IMG/VR virus record: IMGVR_UViG_2706794673_000008
Length of the DNA stretch: 4,927 nt
Source: a virus
Lineage: Duplodnaviria > Heunggongvirae > Uroviricota > Caudoviricetes
Strand: one strand, 5' to 3'
The notes under the pieces: generated by a model
Told to the model about the DNA's origin: nothing
Databases searched by the model: none
Seen by the model: only the letters and a program-made list of their open reading frames with translations
Part shown: positions 1 to 4,927 of the stretch, piece by piece
Position numbering within the stretch: position 1 is the first letter of the stretch
Layout: each line of letters begins with the position of its first letter
Translations under genes and position numbers: made by a program

Positions 1-110
1 TGAGGCAGCACCTGGCACGGCTGGGACGGAAGTCGCTGTCGTTCTCAAAATCGGTGGAGCTGCATGACAAAGCCATCGGGCATTATCTGAACATAAAACA
101 CTATCAATAA
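1..110 (+). CDS. insB: IS1 transposase InsB, C-terminal fragment (5' end outside window)
   Basis: Frame with codons starting at 3 reads ...[35 protein letters not shown] then TAA at 108-110, the recalled InsB C-terminus. Confidence 0.8.
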   Translation, partial: RQHLARLGRKSLSFSKSVELHDKAIGHYLNIKHYQ

Positions 111-125
111 GTTGGAGTCATTACC
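1..125 (+). mobile_element. IS1 right end (3' portion including the right terminal inverted repeat); the rest of the element lies outside the window
   Basis: Sequence 1-125 matches the 3' end of IS1 as I remember it, ending ...CAATAAGTTGGAGTCATTACC at 125. One difference from the canonical copy I recall (AAAGCC vs AAAGTC near position 73). Confidence 0.9.
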
Positions 126-132
126 CCAATTT

Positions 133-146
133 TTTACGTACGTAAA
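133..146. promoter_or_regulatory. Perfect 14-bp palindrome TTTACGTACGTAAA, 8 bp from the IS1 end and about 155 bp upstream of the porin start
   Basis: Read directly: positions 133-146 are self-complementary. Function unknown; candidate dimeric-regulator site. Confidence 0.2.
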
Positions 147-214
147 CCACTAAATGATATTTGCGAGAATGCTACCGAGTATTGAAAACACCACTACAAA
201 TACATAAGCAAATC

Positions 215-235
215 CCAACAAATAACCAACAAATA
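215..235 (+). repeat. Tandem direct repeat CCAACAAATA x2 with 11-bp period upstream of porin gene
   Basis: CCAACAAATA at 215-224 and again at 226-235, separated by one A. Spacing of one helical turn, 67-87 bp upstream of ATG 302; resembles response-regulator direct-repeat sites in general architecture only. Confidence 0.3.
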
Positions 236-301
236 GATTAGATGAATATTTATCGCGCAATGACATCATTTTTTAATAATAGTTCAAAAAAAGGGCTCAC
301 G

Positions 302-1384
302 ATGAAAAAATTAACAGTGGCAATTTCTGCTGTAGCTGCATCAGTACTGATGGCGATGTCTGCTCAGGCAGCTGAAATTTATAATAAAGACAGTAACAAG
401 CTGGATCTGTACGGGAAAGTTAATGCTAAGCACTACTTCTCCTCTAATGATGCAGATGATGGTGATACTACTTATGCCCGTCTTGGCTTCAAAGGTGAAA
501 CCCAAATCAACGATCAACTGACTGGTTTCGGTCAGTGGGAATATGAATTCAAAGGCAACCGCGCTGAATCTCAAGGTTCCTCCAAAGATAAAACCCGTCT
601 TGCCTTCGCTGGCCTGAAATTCGGTGACTACGGCTCCATCGATTACGGCCGTAACTACGGTGTAGCATACGACATCGGTGCGTGGACTGACGTCCTGCCA
701 GAATTCGGTGGTGACACTTGGACTCAAACAGATGTGTTCATGACTGGTCGCACCACTGGTGTTGCAACTTATCGTAACAACGACTTCTTTGGTCTGGTTG
801 ATGGTCTGAACTTTGCTGCTCAGTATCAGGGTAAAAATGACCGCACTGACGTAACTGAAGCTAATGGTGATGGTTTCGGTTTCTCCACTACTTATGAGTA
901 TGAAGGATTCGGTGTAGGTGCAACCTATGCTAAATCTGACCGCACTAATAATCAGGTTATCTACGGTAACAACAGCCTGAATGCATCTGGTCAAAATGCT
1001 GAAGTATGGGCAGCTGGTCTGAAATATGATGCGAACAACATCTATCTGGCTACCACCTATTCTGAAACCCAGAACATGACTGTTTTTGGTAATAACCATA
1101 TTGCCAACAAAGCACAAAACTTCGAAGTAGTTGCACAATATCAGTTCGACTTCGGTCTGCGTCCGTCCGTTGCTTACCTGCAATCTAAAGGAAAAGACTT
1201 GGGTGCGTGGGGTGATCAGGACCTGGTTGAATATATTGATGTAGGTGCAACCTATTACTTCAACAAAAATATGTCCACTTTTGTTGATTACAAAATCAAC
1301 CTGATTGATAAGAGCGATTTCACGAAAGCATCTGGCGTTGCTACCGATGATATCGTTGCTGTAGGTATGGTTTACCAGTTCTAA
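302..1384 (+). CDS. nmpC: Prophage-encoded general porin, NmpC/Lc (OmpC/OmpF/PhoE) family, 360 aa, apparently intact
   Basis: ATG 302 with AAGGG at 291-295. Signal peptide [23 protein letters not shown] then mature AEIYNK..., and C-terminal ...AVGMVYQF with terminal Phe typical of beta-barrel porins. Strongly resembles NmpC/Lc lambdoid porins from memory. The ORF-track start at 242 adds 20 non-signal residues and is not favoured. Confidence 0.9.
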   Translation: MKKLTVAISAVAASVLMAMSAQAAEIYNKDSNKLDLYGKVNAKHYFSSNDADDGDTTYARLGFKGETQINDQLTGFGQWEYEFKGNRAESQGSSKDKTRLAFAGLKFGDYGSIDYGRNYGVAYDIGAWTDVLPEFGGDTWTQTDVFMTGRTTGVATYRNNDFFGLVDGLNFAAQYQGKNDRTDVTEANGDGFGFSTTYEYEGFGVGATYAKSDRTNNQVIYGNNSLNASGQNAEVWAAGLKYDANNIYLATTYSETQNMTVFGNNHIANKAQNFEVVAQYQFDFGLRPSVAYLQSKGKDLGAWGDQDLVEYIDVGATYYFNKNMSTFVDYKINLIDKSDFTKASGVATDDIVAVGMVYQF

Positions 1385-1399
1385 TTTGATTACTAAAAG

Positions 1400-1455
1400 A
1401 TATGTTGCGGGAGGCTTTGCCTCCCCAACATATAAGTGGCTCCCTCAAGCCACTT
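1400..1455 (+). other. Two adjacent stem-loops in porin 3' UTR
   Basis: ATATGTTGCGGGAGGC / GCCTCCCCAACATAT (about 15-bp stem with one bulge, short loop) followed by AAGTGGCT-CCCTCA-AGCCACTT (8-bp stem). Read directly. Confidence 0.5.
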
Positions 1456-1520
1456 CCTTTAGGAGCACAACCTTGCTTCTAACTATATAAACCTTCTGTT
1501 ATATATTACCCTTTATTTTT

Positions 1521-1545
1521 GGGGGCGTTGCAACGCCCCATTTTT
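1521..1545 (+). terminator. Rho-independent terminator for the porin transcript
   Basis: Perfect GC-rich palindrome GGGGCGTTGCAACGCCCC (1521-1539; 7-bp stem around a TTGCAA centre) followed by ATTTTTAATAATTTTT. On the minus strand the stem is followed by A-rich sequence, so it is not a terminator in that direction. Confidence 0.65.
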
Positions 1546-1572
1546 AATAATTTTTAGTAAACAATTGGCATA

Positions 1573-1956
1573 TTAATTAGAGTTATTAACAACGATATCC
1601 ATCTCTAACCGGATATCTAATGCCATTAACATCCCTTCAATTATGCCCTCAGCCTTCTGTAACCTTTTCCCGATATAACCATCAGAGCAGCAATGCTTAC
1701 CTGCCAGTGACATGAATGTCATACCGACTACATAATAATCTACTAATAAATCGTGCAAATCGCTGTTGTTCTTTTTCAGACGGGCCATGCACCCGCAAAT
1801 AATCATCGCGTCATCGTCACAACATTGCGGGCGAGATTTTACTTTTGAAGTAATTAATCCCTTAAAACCGGCGGCAATGGACGACCAGGTCACATCTTCA
1901 TGATTATTAGCCGCCCACGCTCCCCAACGCTCAAGAACCATCTGAATATCACGCAT
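1573..1956 (-). CDS. quuD: Lambdoid late-gene antiterminator Q (QuuD-like), 127 aa
   Basis: ATG at 1956 with GGAG 7 nt upstream on the minus strand. Protein [24 protein letters not shown]... with Cys-rich CCDDD/CGC/HCC motifs, matching my recollection of DLP12 QuuD. The ORF-track TTG start at 1971 is rejected. Confidence 0.85.
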   Translation of the reverse strand: MRDIQMVLERWGAWAANNHEDVTWSSIAAGFKGLITSKVKSRPQCCDDDAMIICGCMARLKKNNSDLHDLLVDYYVVGMTFMSLAGKHCCSDGYIGKRLQKAEGIIEGMLMALDIRLEMDIVVNNSN

Positions 1957-2041
1957 CAACTTACTCCACAAAAATCAGACCAGAACGCCAATTACAAGCA
2001 AAAATCAACAAAACAGTATTAGTTGATTGTTATCTCTGACT

Positions 2042-2182
2042 TCATACTCCTGCTCCTGTCAGGGTTTTGGCGTAATTCTTCAGTATTCGGTAATCGGTCA
2101 AAACAGAACCGGGGAAACGATATAAGCGCAGATGCCCCCAGCGGTGGCGAAGAAGTTCTGCCATATAAAACTCAAACATCAT
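2042..2182 (-). CDS. ylcG: Small nin-region protein YlcG-like, 46 aa
   Basis: ATGATG start at 2182 overlapping the rusA stop (ATGA); translation [46 protein letters not shown]; TGA at 2042-2044. Sits between rusA and Q as in DLP12. Not in the supplied ORF track (below its length cut-off). Confidence 0.6.
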   Translation of the reverse strand: MMFEFYMAELLRHRWGHLRLYRFPGSVLTDYRILKNYAKTLTGAGV

Positions 2183-2541
2183 TCATTCCCCATTTCGGTG
2201 ATGGTCAGTTCCAGCCTCCCACCTTTGGTAACAGGCATCTTCACAACGCGGTAATCAACGACCTGAGCATCATCCAGCCAGAAACCTGCTTTGGTGAGTG
2301 CGTCAAAAGCGGCTTTTTGCAGATTATCCAGGTCACGGCGACGGCGATCCGGCATGTGGCACTCAATACGGATTTTCACTGGCATAGCCAGGCCGATATC
2401 CAGCATTGCGTTTTTAATGATTCGGGTGACGTTATCGCGGTATGCCTGCCCTTCTGCGCTGATGTGTGTGCGCCCGCGATTATGGCGGTAATAGCGGTTA
2501 TTGCTCGGAGGCCAGGGTAATGTGATGCTGTAGGTATTCAC
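2179..2541 (-). CDS. rusA: Holliday-junction resolvase RusA, 120 aa
   Basis: GTG start at 2541 overlapping the ybcO stop (GTGA). Protein [26 protein letters not shown]...[13 protein letters not shown] matches recalled RusA essentially along its length. Confidence 0.9.
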   Translation of the reverse strand: MNTYSITLPWPPSNNRYYRHNRGRTHISAEGQAYRDNVTRIIKNAMLDIGLAMPVKIRIECHMPDRRRRDLDNLQKAAFDALTKAGFWLDDAQVVDYRVVKMPVTKGGRLELTITEMGNE

Positions 2542-2828
2542 GCCTTAATAACCCCCTCTTTCAGCCAGATAACCTGCGTTCTCGCCATACCTTCCAGCGC
2601 GCATTCTTTTGCATACTCAGCATCGACAAAATATGTGCGGCGGTCGATTTCGTCGTGACAGGCAGAACATGCAATGGTGGCAATCAGGTCTGGCGGTTTG
2701 ATACCGGTACCGCACAATCCAGCCAGCCGGATATGTGCCAGTACTGACGTTTCAGGATTGCCATTACATACGCCAGGGATTCTTACCTGGCATTCCCGAC
2801 CACGCGCTGCTTTTCTCAAATCAGCCAT
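2538..2828 (-). CDS. ybcO: YbcO-like nin-region protein (Cys-rich, putative nuclease, DUF1364-type), 96 aa
   Basis: ATG at 2828 preceded by AGGAGG; protein [37 protein letters not shown]...[11 protein letters not shown]... The ORF-track upstream start at 2867 is a TTG inside ninE and is rejected. Confidence 0.8.
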   Translation of the reverse strand: MADLRKAARGRECQVRIPGVCNGNPETSVLAHIRLAGLCGTGIKPPDLIATIACSACHDEIDRRTYFVDAEYAKECALEGMARTQVIWLKEGVIKA

Positions 2829-2991
2829 GATTCCTCCTTGCTGCCAGTCGCAACCATTTTTTATCAACCAGGCTAGCGGTATATCCGAGCAGTGTTGGTA
2901 TTTCGGATGGCTTCAGCTCAGGCTTACGCTTACGACGATTTGATACTCTGTAGATGTGCCCGTTCATGACACGAATAAGCGGTGTAGCCAT
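2821..2991 (-). CDS. ninE: NinE-family protein, 56 aa
   Basis: Hand translation of the minus strand: [56 protein letters not shown], stop TGA at 2821-2823. GGAGG upstream; start shares one base with the ybcN stop (TAATG); 8-nt overlap with the ybcO start. Not in the supplied ORF track (below its length cut-off). Confidence 0.75.
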   Translation of the reverse strand: MATPLIRVMNGHIYRVSNRRKRKPELKPSEIPTLLGYTASLVDKKWLRLAARRNHG

Positions 2992-3446
2992 TACGCCTCC
3001 TGCTTATCGCGCAGCTGCTGGTATTCACAGCTCTGCGGAATTGTCAGGTGGCAGCCGATATTCATCGCCCAGGCTTCGACTTTGCACAGGAAGATGTACA
3101 TCTCGCCGGTTTCCAGCTCTGACGTATGGCGGAGGGATTGGACGGTGGTGACCTCGCCGGACACGACATCTACACGGTCTTTGCTTTCGTAGCCGAGATA
3201 GGTGTGCTTCATCGCGTCTTTGACCCACTCAGGCGTAGCGAAGGTCTTGCCGCGGGCGATGAGATATTCGCTGATCTCCGTGTACCACATGTGGCTGAGC
3301 GCGTTCTGCGACAGGCTGCGCTTCTCGCGCCACGGCTTAACCTGCAGGCGTAAGCATTGCCCGGCATCCAGCAATGGCTGAATCTGCTGGCCGATGGCCG
3401 CGAAGTTACCGCGATGGAGTTTGATGCCGTCTACTGGCAGAGTCAT
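2991..3446 (-). CDS. ybcN: YbcN / NinB(Orf)-family recombination protein, 151 aa
   Basis: ATG at 3446 with GGGAGG upstream; contains an RSLSQNALSHMW motif resembling lambda NinB/Orf; position immediately upstream of ninE as in lambdoid nin regions. Confidence 0.85.
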   Translation of the reverse strand: MTLPVDGIKLHRGNFAAIGQQIQPLLDAGQCLRLQVKPWREKRSLSQNALSHMWYTEISEYLIARGKTFATPEWVKDAMKHTYLGYESKDRVDVVSGEVTTVQSLRHTSELETGEMYIFLCKVEAWAMNIGCHLTIPQSCEYQQLRDKQEA

Positions 3447-3538
3447 ACGGCCTCCCTAACGGAAACCGCAGAATGCAGAAAATCGCAGGTGCATTTCTGC
3501 ATCTGTGACAAGGTGATGAGTTCAGATTGTGGTCGCAT
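3443..3538 (-). CDS. 31-aa leader ORF translationally coupled to ybcN (possibly YlcH-like)
   Basis: Minus-strand ATG at 3538 directly after an in-frame TAA, with AAGGGGA upstream; translation MRPQSELITLSQMQKCTCDFLHSAVSVREAV; its TGA overlaps the ybcN ATG (ATGA). Identity with ylcH not verified. Not in the supplied ORF track (below its length cut-off). Confidence 0.35.
   Translation of the reverse strand: MRPQSELITLSQMQKCTCDFLHSAVSVREAV
3473..3502 (-). other. Inverted repeat ATGCAGAAA-N12-TTTCTGCAT inside the leader ORF, just upstream of the ybcN ribosome-binding site
   Basis: Perfect 9-bp arms read directly. On the minus-strand RNA it is followed by moderately U-rich UCUGCGGUUUCC; candidate attenuator or weak terminator. 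Confidence 0.3.
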
Positions 3539-3557
3539 TTAAGTCCCCTTAAATGCG
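3534..3557 (-). promoter_or_regulatory. Stem-loop (10-bp stem, 4-nt loop) enclosing the SD and start codon of the leader ORF
   Basis: CGCATTTAAG-TCCC-CTTAAATGCG on the + strand. On the minus-strand RNA the leader-ORF ATG (3538-3536) lies in the stem and its SD (GGGGA) overlaps the loop. Confidence 0.3.
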
Positions 3558-3594
3558 CAGAAGTCACCGGAGTTGTTCAGGCTCCGATGAGAGG

Positions 3595-3623
3595 ATTATG
3601 GCGGATTGATTACGATAAATCAA
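3595..3623 (-). promoter_or_regulatory. Candidate sigma70 promoter for the minus-strand nin operon
   Basis: Minus-strand -35 TTGATT (3623-3618), 17-bp spacer, -10 CATAAT (3600-3595). Would place a transcription start about 50 bp upstream of the leader ORF. Confidence 0.3.
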
Positions 3624-3645
3624 AACTATCTTGAAGCCAAAACAG

Positions 3646-3674
3646 TGATCTTCGCTTTAAAAACCTTGTATACT
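3646..3674 (+). promoter_or_regulatory. Candidate promoter for the + strand cargo operon (divergent from the nin promoter)
   Basis: -10-like TATACT at 3669-3674 with TG immediately upstream; -35 poorly matched (TGATCT at 3646-3651). Weak call. Confidence 0.2.
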
Positions 3675-3710
3675 TTCACCTAATCACAGCCAGAACTATG
3701 GATCTAACCA

Positions 3711-4088
3711 ATGACCAACAAAGAAAACAAAGATAAATATATTAACAAGTTCAAGAAAGAGCTTTCAAAATATATACAACCAACTGCTGGAGTGGACATT
3801 CAATTATTTAACTCTAAGGATGGTGGTGGTGTAATTAAAGCCACTTTGAATAGAAGTGGAAAAAGAAAATCATCTATTGCTGGTAATTTTACTAAATTAG
3901 GTGAGGCAATTACCTCGAGTGGGCAGAGGGTTTTTGGTGGTGATCTATCAAATGTGAATTTTTACGGAACAAATACGATTTTTGATGGAGATACAATATT
4001 TTTAATTAAATCACCTGATTCAGAGGAGTGGTCATCACAAAAAGCTTCCAAAGACGTAGAGGGCATCGTATTTGGAGGGAAAAAATGA
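3711..4088 (+). CDS. Hypothetical protein, 125 aa, soluble, Lys-rich N-terminus and Gly-rich beta-like core; AT-rich codon usage
   Basis: ATG 3711 to TGA 4086-4088; no signal peptide or TM segment; region is visibly much more AT-rich than the flanking nin genes. No family recognised. Confidence 0.6.
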   Translation: MTNKENKDKYINKFKKELSKYIQPTAGVDIQLFNSKDGGGVIKATLNRSGKRKSSIAGNFTKLGEAITSSGQRVFGGDLSNVNFYGTNTIFDGDTIFLIKSPDSEEWSSQKASKDVEGIVFGGKK

Positions 4089-4132
4089 TTAACATTACTA
4101 CTAAGGATGCACTCAAGTCAGTGGTGAAGTAA
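4085..4132 (+). CDS. 15-codon micro-ORF (MINITTKDALKSVVK) with a strong SD, overlapping the stop of the upstream gene; possibly the true 5' end of the downstream membrane-protein gene broken by a frameshift
   Basis: GGAGGG at 4073-4078, then A6, then ATG 4085 overlapping TGA 4086-4088 (ATGA); stop TAA at 4130-4132. Overlaps the open part of the downstream gene's frame between 4105 and 4129. Confidence 0.25.
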   Translation: MINITTKDALKSVVK

Positions 4133-4170
4133 GAGATCTAGTAATTCTTCTTGAAACTGATGGAAAAACG

Positions 4171-4512
4171 GTGTCTGATTATTTGCAGCCAATCCCTCCC
4201 AAAAAAGATACACACTGGAGCATGATTTTCATTCCGGTAGCAATTTATATACTACTTAATCTTGTATACATTATTGCTCACCCATTATTTCCTGAAAAAT
4301 ATCTAAAAACATCAACATCTATATTTCTATTCATTTCCTTCATATTAAGTGCAATAGTAGCATATTTTGTTTTCCATAAGCATAAATCTGCCACTCGATC
4401 CATATGCAGCTTAGTGTTCTTAGTGTTAATTGTAGGTGCTAACGTAGGGTTTATCAGTTACAGCGACCTAACACAAAAAGCGACGCAAAAATTAGATAGT
4501 TTGTCTAAATAA
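4171..4512 (+). CDS. Hypothetical small integral membrane protein (about 3 TM helices), 113 aa as drawn; start uncertain
   Basis: Three hydrophobic stretches (IFIPVAIYILLNLVYIIAHPLF, IFLFISFILSAIVAYFVF, ICSLVFLVLIVGANVGFISY). The GTG start at 4171 has only a weak SD; alternative in-frame ATG at 4222, or an upstream start at 4085 if a frameshift is assumed. TAA at 4510-4512. Confidence 0.55.
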   Translation: MSDYLQPIPPKKDTHWSMIFIPVAIYILLNLVYIIAHPLFPEKYLKTSTSIFLFISFILSAIVAYFVFHKHKSATRSICSLVFLVLIVGANVGFISYSDLTQKATQKLDSLSK

Positions 4513-4619
4513 TTATGTTGCCATGCGAAGTATGCATGGCTGCATGTCTGCCTTCCATTTAAAATGGGCTAAGACCTATAACCCTAAATATTATTCTTTA
4601 TTATCTTCTTTACCACTTC

Positions 4620-4850
4620 GGTGATGCTGCCAACTTACTGATTTAGTGTATGATGGTGTTTTTGAGGTGCTCCAGTGGCTTCTGTTTCTATCAGCTGTCC
4701 CTCCTGTTCAGCTACTGACGGGGTGGTGCGTAACGGCAAAAGCACTGCCGGACATCAGCGCTATCTCTGCTCTCACTGCCGTAAAACATGGCAACTGCAG
4801 TTCACTTACACCGCTTCTCAACCCGGTACGCACCAGAAAATCATTGATAT
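4620..4850 (+). mobile_element. IS1 left end (left inverted repeat plus 5' part of insA), truncated internally at about 4850
   Basis: GGTGATGCTGCCAACTTACTGATTTAGTGTATGATGG... matches the recalled IS1 left end. Similarity to IS1 stops after ...AAAATCATTGATAT (4850), where IS1 continues GGCCATG but the window continues TGTCAGCGCC. Confidence 0.9.
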
Positions 4851-4878
4851 TGTCAGCGCCAGTGATATAAGACGGTAA
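4675..4878 (+). pseudogene. insA: insA' : IS1 InsA truncated after about residue 58 and fused to 9 unrelated codons
   Basis: GTG 4675; [58 protein letters not shown] matches InsA, then IVSASDIRR and stop; the native InsA C-terminus is absent. Confidence 0.75.
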
Positions 4879-4927
4879 TTCGCCATTTGGATTGTCCGCT
4901 CCACCCAACATGTTGTTTCCTTAAGGT

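Larger units (their letters stand above)
1385..1545 (+). ncRNA. ipeX: Structured porin 3' UTR; candidate IpeX-like regulatory RNA region
   Basis: Between the porin stop (1382-1384) and the terminator at 1521-1545 there are at least two stem-loops (about 1400-1434 and 1434-1455). IpeX was described as residing in the UTR between the nmpC/lc stop codon and its terminator (recalled). Exact RNA ends not determinable here. Confidence 0.35.

Noticed and set aside
242-301. N-terminal extension of the porin ORF (start at 242)
   Set aside because: Adds 20 residues ([20 protein letters not shown]) in front of a canonical signal peptide; the internal ATG at 302 with an SD gives a normal porin precursor.
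341-1183. 280-aa minus-strand ORF
   Set aside because: Lies entirely antisense within the porin gene, which has far stronger coding evidence (signal peptide, porin hallmarks); no start context; typical shadow ORF.
1521-1539. Possible bidirectional terminator serving quuD as well as the porin
   Set aside because: On the minus strand the stem is followed by A-rich rather than U-rich sequence, so only + strand termination is supported.
1957-1971. TTG start extending quuD by 5 codons
   Set aside because: ATG at 1956 has a well-placed GGAG and gives the expected 127-aa Q protein.
2023-2520. 165-aa + strand ORF, and nested 66-aa ORF at 2291-2491
   Set aside because: Antisense to rusA and ylcG, which are confidently identified; no recognisable features.
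2829-2867. Upstream start extending ybcO to 109 aa
   Set aside because: It is a TTG inside ninE; the ATG at 2828 has an AGGAGG SD and gives the expected 96-aa protein.
2674-3353. Several short ORFs on both strands (2674-2943 +, 2954-3151 +, 2956-3192 +, 3025-3228 -, 3126-3353 +)
   Set aside because: All overlap ybcN, ninE or ybcO in alternative frames or antisense; products are low-complexity and Arg/Pro-rich, typical of shadow frames in GC-rich coding DNA.
3357-3542. 61-aa + strand ORF
   Set aside because: Antisense to the ybcN 5' end and the leader ORF; no SD; not supported.
4517-4567. Hairpin GCCATGC-N7-GCATGGC and palindrome CCATTTAAAATGG downstream of the cargo operon as a terminator
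   Set aside because: Neither is followed by a T-tract; the stems are short; they could be incidental in AT-rich DNA. Left as unassigned.
4646-4911. ORFs 4646-4870 (+) and 4708-4911 (-) across the IS1 fragment
   Set aside because: Alternative-frame and antisense readings of IS1 sequence; only the insA frame is real. The 5' stub at 4851-4911 of the minus ORF is noted separately as a junction observation, not as a gene.
1-4927. CRISPR arrays, tRNA or rRNA genes
   Set aside because: No repeat-spacer periodicity and no cloverleaf-like or rRNA-like sequence was seen on either strand.

Overview
This window looks like an Escherichia/Shigella-type lambdoid prophage remnant (DLP12/PA-2-like) bracketed by two IS1 fragments in the same orientation, plus an AT-rich two-gene cargo of unknown function. 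All calls rest on reading the sequence and on recalled protein families; no database search was run. From left to right: (1) the 3' end of an IS1 copy (1-125); (2) an apparently intact prophage porin of the NmpC/Lc family on the + strand (302-1384), followed by a structured 3' UTR ending in a rho-independent terminator, the region where the IpeX regulatory RNA was described; (3) a convergent minus-strand nin-region operon of tightly overlapping genes: a 31-aa leader ORF, ybcN (NinB/Orf family), ninE, ybcO, rusA, ylcG and the Q-type antiterminator quuD; (4) an AT-rich cassette on the + strand (3711-4512) encoding a 125-aa soluble protein and a roughly 3-TM membrane protein, which is the best candidate here for an undescribed prophage accessory module, possibly superinfection exclusion or abortive infection; (5) the 5' end of a second IS1 (4620-4850), broken inside insA and joined to unrelated sequence. 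No CRISPR array, tRNA or rRNA was seen.
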